Source: a virus. Taken from it: a stretch of 64,000 nt of DNA. Position numbers and translations under genes: made by a program. Location of the stretch: IMG/VR virus record IMGVR_UViG_3300046501_000460, positions 23,575 to 87,574 of that record; one strand, 5' to 3'. This document shows positions 25,149 to 34,227 of this stretch, one piece after another (position 1 is the stretch's first letter; each line of letters begins with the position of its first letter). The notes under the pieces were generated by a model. The model saw only the letters and a list, made by a program, of their open reading frames with translations. It made no database searches and was not told the DNA's origin.

Positions 25149-26583
25149 GCAGGCTATCGAGAGGTACCCGCTGCCGCACCCGCTGGGTGGCACGATGGTG
25201 CTGGAGGAGCTTCAAAAGCAGGACATCGTGCGCGCCGCCATGTGGCGCCGCGCGCTGCTCGATCTGCCTGTCGGCTATGGCAAGACGGTGATCGGCACCT
25301 GCATCTCACTGATGTTGCAGCCGGACGTCACTGTCGTGCTGGTGCCGCCGATCCTGATCGCGCAATGGGTCGCATGGCTCAACAGCATCCCGGGCGCCGG
25401 CACGGCTATCGCGTACAACGGCTCGCCGAAGGCGCGCGCGGCGATGCCAGTGGCAAGCGTGCGTTGGATCGTGACGTCATATCAGGTATTCAATAACGAC
25501 ATCGCGCGCCTGACGAAGGATCTGGCGCACCACGCAGTGATGCTGATGGTCGACGAGGTGCAGGCCCTGAAGGGCCGCGGCGTGCTCTTCAAGAACGTGC
25601 GGACGTTCACGGCCGGCGGCCGCGACCTGATCATGATGTCGGGCACGATCATGAGCAAGCCGGGTGATGGCTACGCGTACGTCAAGCTGAACACGCCGGA
25701 CGTCTACGCCAGCTACACCCAGTTCGAGAACATCCACGTCGAGAAGCGCGACCCGATGTTCAACCAGCCAACCGCCTGGCACAACCTCGATCTGCTGCAG
25801 ACGAACCTGAGCATGCGGCGCGTGCGCCGCACGAAGGAGGAAGTGCACAGCGCGCTGCCCAAGGCAAACTACATCCCGATCTACTACGACCTGTCGAAGG
25901 AGCACATGGCGCTGTACAAGCGCCTGATGAAGGAGCAGCTGCTGCTGCTCGACGACGGAAGCAAGATCGATGCCACGACGGCCACGCGGCTGTACCACGC
26001 CGCGCAGCAGATCGTGCTGGACTTCGGCCACTTCGCCGGTGACCCTGACAAGCGCAGCGCGATCTTCGACCTGGTCGACGGCATCGCCGCCGAGATCAAT
26101 CTCGGCGGCGAAATCATGATCGACAACGAGACGAGGCCGGCCAGCAAGCTGATCCTGTGGACCGCGCACCGCAGCGTGACGCGCCTGATCGGCGAGCACA
26201 TGTCGGCCCGGCTTGCACCACTTGGGAAGCGCGCGGTGATGGCGTATTCCGAGGTGGACTCGAAGAAGTCGGTGCGCGAGTTCATGAAGGACCCGAACAC
26301 GGTCAACCTGACAGCCCAGCCGGGCAGCGCGGGCGTCGGGCTGAACCCCCAGTACCTGTGCTGGGAATGCGCCTTCGTACAGATCCCGACGACCACGATC
26401 CCGTTCATCCAGGCATCTGGCCGGATCGACCGCAAGGGCCAGCGTTACAACCCGAACATCAGGTTGCTGGTCGCGCGCGGTACGATCCAGGAACAGCTGT
26501 TGAAGAACCTTTTCGACAATGACGACCTCGTGAACCGGGCGTCCGGGTCGAAAGCCGGGATCAGAAATTTGATTTTCCCGTAG
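25135..26583 (+). CDS. SNF2-like superfamily 2 helicase
   Basis: GYGKT, DEVQ, SGT, GVGLN, QASGRIDRKGQ. Confidence 0.9.
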   Translation: MLTLEQAIERYPLPHPLGGTMVLEELQKQDIVRAAMWRRALLDLPVGYGKTVIGTCISLMLQPDVTVVLVPPILIAQWVAWLNSIPGAGTAIAYNGSPKARAAMPVASVRWIVTSYQVFNNDIARLTKDLAHHAVMLMVDEVQALKGRGVLFKNVRTFTAGGRDLIMMSGTIMSKPGDGYAYVKLNTPDVYASYTQFENIHVEKRDPMFNQPTAWHNLDLLQTNLSMRRVRRTKEEVHSALPKANYIPIYYDLSKEHMALYKRLMKEQLLLLDDGSKIDATTATRLYHAAQQIVLDFGHFAGDPDKRSAIFDLVDGIAAEINLGGEIMIDNETRPASKLILWTAHRSVTRLIGEHMSARLAPLGKRAVMAYSEVDSKKSVREFMKDPNTVNLTAQPGSAGVGLNPQYLCWECAFVQIPTTTIPFIQASGRIDRKGQRYNPNIRLLVARGTIQEQLLKNLFDNDDLVNRASGSKAGIRNLIFP

Positions 26584-26641
26584 GAAATAGCTGTAGAATT
26601 CCCGCTTCATGTCGTATCACCACCGTATAAGGAATTGCAAC

Positions 26642-27124
26642 ATGGATAACCCATCCACAGCGCGGGCGCACAAGCTCGCGCTGCAGGCCAAGTGGCTCAA
26701 CCAGCGCATGGTCGACAACGACCGCTGGACGCTGGACATGCCCAGCCCGCGCGTGGTCAAGGTGAGCGACCGGAAGACCTTCATTGCCTGGCGCAGGGAC
26801 GCTGCCGGCAAGGTGGAGGTCGTTGATATGTTGCGTGTTAACGACGTCGAGATTTCGTTTACCCGCGGCATCACTGTCAAGTTCAGCGCTGGCGCCACTT
26901 CCAACACCATCTGCATCACCGCGCACCCGCGCGAGATCGTCCCGGGCGTCTTCGCCTGGATCCCACCGCACGCCGAGCTCCGCTACGGCCCGCACAATCC
27001 CGAGGACGCGACGTCGCGCTGGCGCCTCACCTTGCCGATGCTCGTTCGGCAGATGACCACCAGTTCGACTGTCCTGTCGACGCTCAAGGAATTTCAGGAC
27101 CTCCACCCCAACATTAGCCTGTGA
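26642..27124 (+). CDS. Hypothetical protein
   Basis: TAAGGA RBS; possible promoter upstream (TAGAAT 26594-26599). Confidence 0.75.
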   Translation: MDNPSTARAHKLALQAKWLNQRMVDNDRWTLDMPSPRVVKVSDRKTFIAWRRDAAGKVEVVDMLRVNDVEISFTRGITVKFSAGATSNTICITAHPREIVPGVFAWIPPHAELRYGPHNPEDATSRWRLTLPMLVRQMTTSSTVLSTLKEFQDLHPNISL

Positions 27125-27131
27125 GGCCCGC

Positions 27132-30071
27132 ATGAGCGCATTCCACTACTACCAGATCAAGGGTGGCGAAGAGGCATGGCAGGCCGTGCCGGTATCCCAC
27201 CGCGACCAGATTCTGCAGGACGTGCGCCCGGTCTTCATGACCGTGCTGTCCGTCTCCAAGCTGGTTGACGAATTGTCCTACGAGGAGAAGCTGAAGCTGG
27301 CGTACGCCGGCCCGTTCTATTCCGATTTCGACTCGGAAGACGAGACGCTCGTGATCGTCAAGGTCAATGAATACCTCGACAAGCTCGAAGGCCTGGGCGT
27401 CGACCTCGAGATGTGTCGCCTGTTCGCCACCGGCGGGCGCGGCTTTCACATCGAGGTGCCGCCCGAGGTCTTCATGGAGAAGGTGCCCAAGGGCGGCGTC
27501 GTCGGTCTGCCGTCGGTCTATCGCGAGATGGCGCTGGCGCTGGCCGTCGACACCCTCGACCTGAAGATCTATTCGACCGGGCGCGGCCGCATGTGGCGCA
27601 CGCCCAACGTCAAGCGTCAGAACGGCCGCTACAAGGTACCCATCACGGTCGCCGAGATGCGGGAGATGACCCCCGAACTTGCGATCCTTCTGTCGTCGCA
27701 ACCGCGCGAGAGCGTGCCGGTCAAGTCGCCGGCCTTCTGCGTCAAGCTGTCGATCGAATTCTCCAAGGCGTCCCAGAAGGTCGAGGATCTGCTGAAGAAG
27801 CGCGCGCGCTTCAAGCCGGATCCGGCGATGCGTGAACGTGCGTCGGCCGAGTCGGTGCACTTCATGATGGCCGGCCTGGGCATCAAGGAGTCCGCCGGCT
27901 TTCAGGAGATCGCCACGCAGCTGGCCATCGCCGCGGTGACCGCGGGCCTGAACGAGGACCGCTTCATCGTCGAGTGCGAGGGGCTGATCAACAACCACAA
28001 GGGCGATAGCAGCCGCTACGGCTCGCCGGCGAAGCGCACCGAAGAGCTGCGCCGCATGCACCGCTACATGGACGGTAACGCCTGCTACGAATTCTCGGTC
28101 GGCGCAATCAAGACGCTGCTGAATCATGCCGCGCCCGATCTCGACGGCATTGCCGTCACGAAGGAAGAAGTCCTCGAAGAGATCGAGAGCGCGGCCCAGC
28201 AGACCGAGGACGAAGCGGAGCTGCAGGACGAGTATGCGGACGTGGCCAAGGGCGTGACGCTGTCGAAATACGGCGTCTACATGGACGGCGAGTTCGGCAA
28301 GAAGCGGATCTGCGCGGTGTCGTTCGACGCGGCCTCGATTCTCATGTCGAGCGAGACGGACCAGATCATCGGCTACGACGCCACGGTGCTGGTCAACGGC
28401 AAGTCGGTGGGCAACGTCACGCTGGAGGTCGACATGTTCAGCGGGCTGGTGCCTTTCAACCGGTTCGTGGCGAAATACGGGCACGCCTTTCAGGGCAATG
28501 ACGCCCAGGTAAGGACGGTAATGATGCGTTTTGTAGAGCAGGCAAAGAAGAAGGGCAACATCAGCTACATCGTGACGCGCGAGGGTCTCGACATCGTCAA
28601 CATCCCGAACCACCCGGACCCGGCGCTGCATGAGCCGTTCATGGTGTGGGCGGACAACCACGGCGTCCGCCTGGAACCGCGCGTGGCCGACCTTGGGCTG
28701 AAGATCAAGTTCGCCGGCTACCCGGACCCGCGCGGGATGTTCAAGACCGACATCTCGAACGCGCCTGCGCTGGCCCAGTGGCTGGCCGAGCCAGGCAACA
28801 AGGCGCTGCTGGCCGACACCTTGGGCAACCTGCTGGCGTGCCAGCGGCCTGAGGTGCTGGGCAAGGTGTTGGGCTGGTACACGGCCTGCTTCTGGAAGCA
28901 GCTGTTCCAGAAGCACTACGGCAAGTTCCCGCTGCTGCACGTGAATGGGCCGGCCGGCATGGGCAAGACCGAGATGCAGATCGGCATCTCGAACCTGTTC
29001 TACTGGCGCGGCGAGCCGCGGCCGCTGTCGCCCGGGTCGACCAACTTCGCGCTGCTGCAGCACCTGATGGCGTCGTCGTCGATCCCGCTGATACTTGACG
29101 AGTACAAGCCGCACGTGATGCTCAAGCAGCGCGTCGACCAGCTCAAGGGTCTGTTCCGCGATGCCTACAACCAGCGTGACCAGGCGCGTGGTGGCGGCTC
29201 GCGCGAGAGCGACGACTACCGTGTGCTGCAGTTCTCGCAGATGGCCGCGCCGATGGCGTTCATCGCCGAGGCGGCCGAGGAAGAGGCGGCCGTCATGGAG
29301 CGCGTCGTGCTGGTCACGCTGGCGCGTCCGGCGCAGAGCCAGGGCCTGAAGAACCACGCGCACTGGCAGGCGTTCTGGCGCAATCGTCATCTGCTGGGGA
29401 TTCTCGGGCAATACCTCGCCATGAGTGTTTTGGAGGAGGCAAATGCTGAAAAGTTCACGGCCGAGTTCGACGATCTGTACAAGGAAGCCAAGGATCGCTT
29501 CATGCTGTCCGAGGCCGACTTGAGTGGCAACCTGAGCGAGGAGGAGTTGAAGGACAAGCAGAACACGAAGGAGCGCCCGGTGTTCAACCACTCGGTCGCG
29601 CGCTTCGGGTTCCGCCAGCTGCGGCGCCTGATCAACGATGCCGTCGGCACCCAGTTCGACGACCGCATGGCCGAGATGGAAGAAGGCGTCTTCGCCCGCC
29701 TGCACGATCTGCACGCGGCGACCACGCCGGAATACGTCAAGGTGCTGTCCGAGATCTCCAGCATGAGCCACCACATCGAGGTCGACCGGCCCGACGCGGT
29801 GCGCAAAAACCACGAGTACGCGTTCTCGCGCATCGGTGGGCGGGACTGTATCGAGATCGCGATCCGGCCGGCGTACCATCGCTACCGCATGCACTGCCGG
29901 TCCACCGGGCTGGAGGCGCTGTTCGGCGGCTTCGAGAGCTTCGCGCACTCGATCCAGGATTGCTCGGCCTTCATCAAGCGCGGTACCGGCGAGGTGCTGC
30001 AGATGCCGGGCGTCTACACGTTCGACCTGCACGAGCTTGCGCGGATGGGGGTTGATACCTTCAAGAATTAA
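27132..30071 (+). CDS. AEP-type primase fused to P-loop helicase
   Basis: DFD, TGGRGFH, RMWRTPN; GPAGMGKT Walker A, LILDE Walker B. Confidence 0.85.
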   Translation: MSAFHYYQIKGGEEAWQAVPVSHRDQILQDVRPVFMTVLSVSKLVDELSYEEKLKLAYAGPFYSDFDSEDETLVIVKVNEYLDKLEGLGVDLEMCRLFATGGRGFHIEVPPEVFMEKVPKGGVVGLPSVYREMALALAVDTLDLKIYSTGRGRMWRTPNVKRQNGRYKVPITVAEMREMTPELAILLSSQPRESVPVKSPAFCVKLSIEFSKASQKVEDLLKKRARFKPDPAMRERASAESVHFMMAGLGIKESAGFQEIATQLAIAAVTAGLNEDRFIVECEGLINNHKGDSSRYGSPAKRTEELRRMHRYMDGNACYEFSVGAIKTLLNHAAPDLDGIAVTKEEVLEEIESAAQQTEDEAELQDEYADVAKGVTLSKYGVYMDGEFGKKRICAVSFDAASILMSSETDQIIGYDATVLVNGKSVGNVTLEVDMFSGLVPFNRFVAKYGHAFQGNDAQVRTVMMRFVEQAKKKGNISYIVTREGLDIVNIPNHPDPALHEPFMVWADNHGVRLEPRVADLGLKIKFAGYPDPRGMFKTDISNAPALAQWLAEPGNKALLADTLGNLLACQRPEVLGKVLGWYTACFWKQLFQKHYGKFPLLHVNGPAGMGKTEMQIGISNLFYWRGEPRPLSPGSTNFALLQHLMASSSIPLILDEYKPHVMLKQRVDQLKGLFRDAYNQRDQARGGGSRESDDYRVLQFSQMAAPMAFIAEAAEEEAAVMERVVLVTLARPAQSQGLKNHAHWQAFWRNRHLLGILGQYLAMSVLEEANAEKFTAEFDDLYKEAKDRFMLSEADLSGNLSEEELKDKQNTKERPVFNHSVARFGFRQLRRLINDAVGTQFDDRMAEMEEGVFARLHDLHAATTPEYVKVLSEISSMSHHIEVDRPDAVRKNHEYAFSRIGGRDCIEIAIRPAYHRYRMHCRSTGLEALFGGFESFAHSIQDCSAFIKRGTGEVLQMPGVYTFDLHELARMGVDTFKN

Positions 30072-30100
30072 TTGACACAGGTAAAGAAGTTTGCCATACT
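30072..30100 (+). promoter_or_regulatory. Sigma70-like promoter TTGACA-17-CATACT with extended -10 TG
   Basis: Near-consensus hexamers, 17-nt spacer, intergenic. Confidence 0.8.
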
Positions 30101-30165
30101 GAATTTTCCCCAAGCCGGGCGGGGATCCATGCCCCGGCAATCCGATGATGATAGAGGTAATGAAA

Positions 30166-30951
30166 ATGGCACTGAATCAAAAAGCAAACACCCAGACCGC
30201 AGACTTCGAAGCTCCGGACGACGACACCGTCGGCAACGAGCAGGATCAGGCAGCGGCGATCCGCGCGAAAGCGCAGGAACGTCTGACAGCTGCGGCAACT
30301 GCGCATCAGGCTACCAAGCCGGCCGAGAATGCCGTCGCAACCGCCAAGCCGCAAGGCGGTCAGGTTGCACTGCGCAAGGCTCTGGTGAATCCGCTGGCGC
30401 CGCTGAAGGGCGCTTTCACGGTCGAGTGGGACACCCTGCGCAGCCTGAAGGTCACCAACGGCAACGTGCTGGACAACCAGTCGGGCAAGACTCTGGGCGA
30501 CGTCGTCGGCCTGGAACTGCTGTCCTTCCAGGACCAGTGGGTGATCTCGCCGGGCGTGGATGGTGACGAAGCGAAGGAACACGTGCGCTACTCGAACGAC
30601 GGTGAGACGACCACCAACGGCGAGGACTGCAACGAGTATCTCGAGCAGCTGAAGAAGGCGGACTTCCCGGACGCCAAGATGTCGAAGCGTACCGTGATCT
30701 GCGGCTCGCTGTTCGATATCGGCGACAAGGGTCGCAAGGACTGCAAGGACATCCAAGACTGCCTCGTGCAGCTGTCGCTGGCGCCGACTTCGAAAGCGTC
30801 GTTCGATCGCTACATGATGGACCAGGCCTTCAAGATCGGCAAAGCGCTGATCTCGCCGGAAGGCGCGGAACGTCTGAAGCTGGAATGCACTGTCGTGACG
30901 AAGGGCAAGAACAGCTGGACCGTCGTCAACTTCAGCCGCTACGACGCGTAA
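30166..30951 (+). CDS. Probably abundant replication protein, putative ssDNA-binding protein
   Basis: Own promoter and terminator, located after primase; function inferred only. Confidence 0.5.
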   Translation: MALNQKANTQTADFEAPDDDTVGNEQDQAAAIRAKAQERLTAAATAHQATKPAENAVATAKPQGGQVALRKALVNPLAPLKGAFTVEWDTLRSLKVTNGNVLDNQSGKTLGDVVGLELLSFQDQWVISPGVDGDEAKEHVRYSNDGETTTNGEDCNEYLEQLKKADFPDAKMSKRTVICGSLFDIGDKGRKDCKDIQDCLVQLSLAPTSKASFDRYMMDQAFKIGKALISPEGAERLKLECTVVTKGKNSWTVVNFSRYDA

Positions 30952-30969
30952 TCGTCGTCGCCACCACCC

Positions 30970-30997
30970 AAAAGGGACCTCTTCGGAGGTCCCTTTT
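30970..30997 (+). terminator. Rho-independent terminator (likely bidirectional)
   Basis: AAAAGGGACCTC-TTCG-GAGGTCCCTTTT; cUUCGg loop. Confidence 0.9.
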
Positions 30998-31019
30998 CTA
31001 CAGGAGAAACACCTTGGAC

Positions 31020-31730
31020 ATGCAACAACCACAAGAAGAAGTCCGCGAGATCGCCTGGGTCATCGCTGATACCGAAACCACCGGCCTGACGGGCCCGGCC
31101 TGCGAGGTCGCCTTCCGCGAGATCTGCCCGGATACGCTGGAGACGATCCGCGAGATCCAGTCGCTGATCGATCCGGAGTGCCCGATCGAGCCGGGCGCGC
31201 AGGATGTGCACGGCATTACGCAGGAAATGGTCGCCAACGCGCCGACGATGGACGAGTTCTTGACGGTGCCGGGTTATCTGGACGGCGCCTTCGACGGCCG
31301 CGACATCGTCCTGATCGCGCACAACGCCCCGTTCGACGAGAAGCGCCTGCGCAAGGTCGGCAGCATCGTGTCGTCAGTCTGCACGCTGTTCCACGCCCGC
31401 CGCCTGATCCCTGAAGCCGAAAACCACAAGCTGCCGACATTGCGTGAGCACTTCGGCTTTCCGAAGAACGAGGCGCACCGCGCGATGGCCGACGTGGCCA
31501 CGACGCACCGCCTGCTCAAGGAGGTTATGGCTCGCGCCGGCCGGCGCTCCTTGCGCGACTTCCACGCCACGCAGGAAACGACGATCCATCGCTGGGTGTT
31601 CGGCAAGTACCGCGGCCGTCTGCTGATCGACACGCCGCGCGAATACCTCGAGTGGTTCAAGAAGCAGCCTGACGTCGAGGCGAACCTGAAAGCGTCGATC
31701 GTCAAGGCGCTCAAAGTCATCCCCAAATAA
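31020..31730 (+). CDS. DnaQ-family 3'-5' exonuclease (ExoX-like)
   Basis: DTETTG, VHGIT, AHNAPFD, AHRAMADV; C-terminal FGKYRG...YLEW. Confidence 0.92.
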   Translation: MQQPQEEVREIAWVIADTETTGLTGPACEVAFREICPDTLETIREIQSLIDPECPIEPGAQDVHGITQEMVANAPTMDEFLTVPGYLDGAFDGRDIVLIAHNAPFDEKRLRKVGSIVSSVCTLFHARRLIPEAENHKLPTLREHFGFPKNEAHRAMADVATTHRLLKEVMARAGRRSLRDFHATQETTIHRWVFGKYRGRLLIDTPREYLEWFKKQPDVEANLKASIVKALKVIPK

Positions 31731-31748
31731 CAACGAAAGGAACCACCC

Positions 31749-32381
31749 ATGAATTTCGCACAATACCCCGCCCTCGCCGCCCGCACCGAAAAAGAGCTGC
31801 CGACCCGCCTCGATCGCCTGGAACACGCCGCGCTCGGCCTGGTCACCGAGACCGGCGAAATCGCCACCATCGTCAAGCGCATCAAGATCTACGGCAAGTC
31901 GCTCGACAGCCTCGTCGAGAAGGGTCCGGACGCCGGCAAGTCGTTCCGCGCGCTGATCGCCGAAGAGATGGGCGACGTGCTCTGGTACCTCCCGATCGTC
32001 ACGCGCGAGTTCGGCGTCAGCGACGAAGTGTTCGGTACCATGGACAGCGCCGAGTTCCTCGAGCCGCAGGAAGGCCTGCCGGCTATCGCGCTGGACAAGG
32101 CCTTGGCCAGCGTGTCGCGTCGCCTGAGCATCGCCGCCGCTACGGTCGCCAACTTCGTCGAGGACGAGTTTATCGCGCAGCAGACCCAGGTGGACCTTGG
32201 TCTGGCTGTCGGCACGATCACCACCAGCTTGGCAAACCTCGCGTGGCTGATCGGCGCCGACCTGCGCCAGGTCGCGGCCGACAACATCGCCAAGCTGAAG
32301 CTGCGCTATCCGGAGAAGTACAGCGATGTGGCGGCCGAGGCGCGCGCTGACAAGGGTGGCGAAGACGCGCGGAATAGCTGA
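31749..32381 (+). CDS. MazG-like nucleotide pyrophosphohydrolase
   Basis: LGL..E.GE, EEMGDVLWY, NIAKL..RYP. Confidence 0.88.
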   Translation: MNFAQYPALAARTEKELPTRLDRLEHAALGLVTETGEIATIVKRIKIYGKSLDSLVEKGPDAGKSFRALIAEEMGDVLWYLPIVTREFGVSDEVFGTMDSAEFLEPQEGLPAIALDKALASVSRRLSIAAATVANFVEDEFIAQQTQVDLGLAVGTITTSLANLAWLIGADLRQVAADNIAKLKLRYPEKYSDVAAEARADKGGEDARNS

Positions 32382-32382
32382 T

Positions 32383-33453
32383 ATGGCATCCCACCTGATC
32401 AGCGCCGCGGCGCAGGTCCGGTCTCTGGCAAAAGCGGTTTCGGCCGCTTTTGCCGCGTCTGCGCTCACCGACGAGGAGCGCAACCCGGACCGCATCGAGA
32501 TCCCCGACCTGCCGTGGACGGCCCCGCCGTTGCGCTGCAGCGCGACCTTGGGCGGCGTGCCGCTGTCCGATTACCTGAACGTGCCGATGGCGCTGGACGA
32601 AACGCTGCTGCATCGCTTCTGGGTCAAGACGCTGGACGACCTGTGGCACCGGCCGTCGTCGGCGATCCGCCGCGGCGCGTTCGCCAACTGCGCGCAGGGC
32701 ATGCCGAAGCTGAAGGTCGGCCAGCGTGCATTCCTGTTCTCGACGCCGGCGGGCTTCCCAGCGCAGCTCGACTCCAGCGCGGGCGCCATGCTCTCGATCG
32801 AGGTGGCGCACGCGGCGGCCCAGTCGTTACCCATCCTCGACGTCGTCTCGGACGAGGACAACTACTACGTTGTCATGCCGGACGAGAGGATCATCGGCGT
32901 GCGCGCCGGCAAGCCGGCCTGCGACTCTCCCTGGGGCGATCGCGTTTCGGGCATGGTGCAGGAGATGCTGGAGATGAGCCGCGGCGAGCCGGACTACACC
33001 CTGCGCTTCGACCAGCTTGCGGCAATGCGCTCGGTGGTGAACGTGCACCGCAGGCGCTTCCCTGAGTTTCAGGGCCTCGACTGGGGCCTGCAGGCGCTGC
33101 GCATCCTGACGCTGGGCGGCCACTGCCCGGAGCTGATGACCCAGATGCGCATGACATCGATGGAGCTGCCGCAGCTGCGCCGCAACGAGCAGATCCTGCG
33201 TGACTGCCTGGCGATCGTCGACGACTTGTCCCTGTCGGATCGCAGCAAGCTGCAGATCTGGCAGAACTATCTCGTGCCTGAAGTGATCAGCGTCTCGCGC
33301 TTCAAGCAGGTGATCTACGGCGGGGCCCAGTGGCCGTTCTCGCTGCCGCTGGCGAAACTCGAATCGATCCGTACCTGGCTGGAGGAGCGCTACCGCGCGC
33401 TGCCGGCCAACATCCAGAAGGAGGGCGTATGCAGACCCATCGCCACACCCTGA
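32383..33453 (+). CDS. Hypothetical protein (356 aa)
   Basis: Long ORF with typical codon bias. Confidence 0.8.
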   Translation: MASHLISAAAQVRSLAKAVSAAFAASALTDEERNPDRIEIPDLPWTAPPLRCSATLGGVPLSDYLNVPMALDETLLHRFWVKTLDDLWHRPSSAIRRGAFANCAQGMPKLKVGQRAFLFSTPAGFPAQLDSSAGAMLSIEVAHAAAQSLPILDVVSDEDNYYVVMPDERIIGVRAGKPACDSPWGDRVSGMVQEMLEMSRGEPDYTLRFDQLAAMRSVVNVHRRRFPEFQGLDWGLQALRILTLGGHCPELMTQMRMTSMELPQLRRNEQILRDCLAIVDDLSLSDRSKLQIWQNYLVPEVISVSRFKQVIYGGAQWPFSLPLAKLESIRTWLEERYRALPANIQKEGVCRPIATP

Positions 33454-33617
33454 TCGAAGTGGTGATCTCCACCGGTGCCGCGTTTGTTATCAGCGCGCTG
33501 CTGCAGCACTACTTCGTCAACCCGCACTGGCACCTGCACTCGTCGCCGGCGGACAGTGTCGGCATCACCGTGTTCTTCACCGTCGTCTCACTGGTGCGGA
33601 GCTACATTTTCAGATGA
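33429..33617 (+). CDS. DUF7220-like small membrane protein, possibly truncated by a premature TGA
   Basis: MQT.RH.LIE...FT.VSLVRSY.FR; AAGGAGG RBS. Confidence 0.7.
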   Translation: MQTHRHTLIEVVISTGAAFVISALLQHYFVNPHWHLHSSPADSVGITVFFTVVSLVRSYIFR

Positions 33618-33643
33618 ATGTTCAATAAATTGGGAGTCAAGAA

Positions 33644-33988
33644 ATGAAGATGGAACAAGATCCGAACGGCGTCGCAGCAAGTCAGCCGGGCGCAAAACTC
33701 GACGCCGGCAAGTCGCCGGTCCGCCGTGGCCTGCTGGAATACTTTCCGCGCGCATGTCTTGCAGTCGCGGAAGTGAGCGCCGCCGGCGCCAACAAGTACA
33801 CGTGGGGCGGCTGGCAGACGGTGCAGGGCGGCGTGGACCGATACGGCGACGCTGAGGCGCGCCACATCTGCAAGGCGGCGATCGAGGGTGAGATCGACAA
33901 GGACTTTGGCCTGTTGCATGCGGCCCACGAGGCGTGGAACGCGCTGGCGCGCCTGGAGCTGATCCTGCGCGAGAAGGAACGGGCATGA
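33644..33988 (+). CDS. DUF5664 dATP/dGTP diphosphohydrolase-domain protein
   Basis: GAKLDAGK, GA.KY..GW, RY.DA..RH, D.D.GL.H.AH.AWNALA. Confidence 0.85.
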   Translation: MKMEQDPNGVAASQPGAKLDAGKSPVRRGLLEYFPRACLAVAEVSAAGANKYTWGGWQTVQGGVDRYGDAEARHICKAAIEGEIDKDFGLLHAAHEAWNALARLELILREKERA

Positions 33989-34227
33989 GCGAGCGCACCG
34001 CAGACGAACTTGAGACGGCCGAGAAGCTGCGACAGGAGTCCTCCGACTTCGGCCTGGCCCAGGTGCGTGAGCACCTGAAGGCCGAGCACCACCCGGAGTT
34101 CAATGGCAAGGACTGCGTCGGCTGTGGCGACGAGCTGGCACCGGTGCGCATCGCGTATAAGCGCGTGCGTTGCGCGGCCTGCCAGACCGAGATCGAAAAA
34201 CGACAGAAGCAGATGCGGAGGGCCTGA
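33985..34227 (+). CDS. TraR/DksA C4 zinc-finger protein
   Basis: CVGCG..L...R......RCAACQT..E. Confidence 0.85.
   Translation: MSERTADELETAEKLRQESSDFGLAQVREHLKAEHHPEFNGKDCVGCGDELAPVRIAYKRVRCAACQTEIEKRQKQMRRA

Noticed and set aside
27114-30140. 1008-aa ORF antisense to the primase
   Set aside because: Same shadow-ORF artefact of high-GC codon usage
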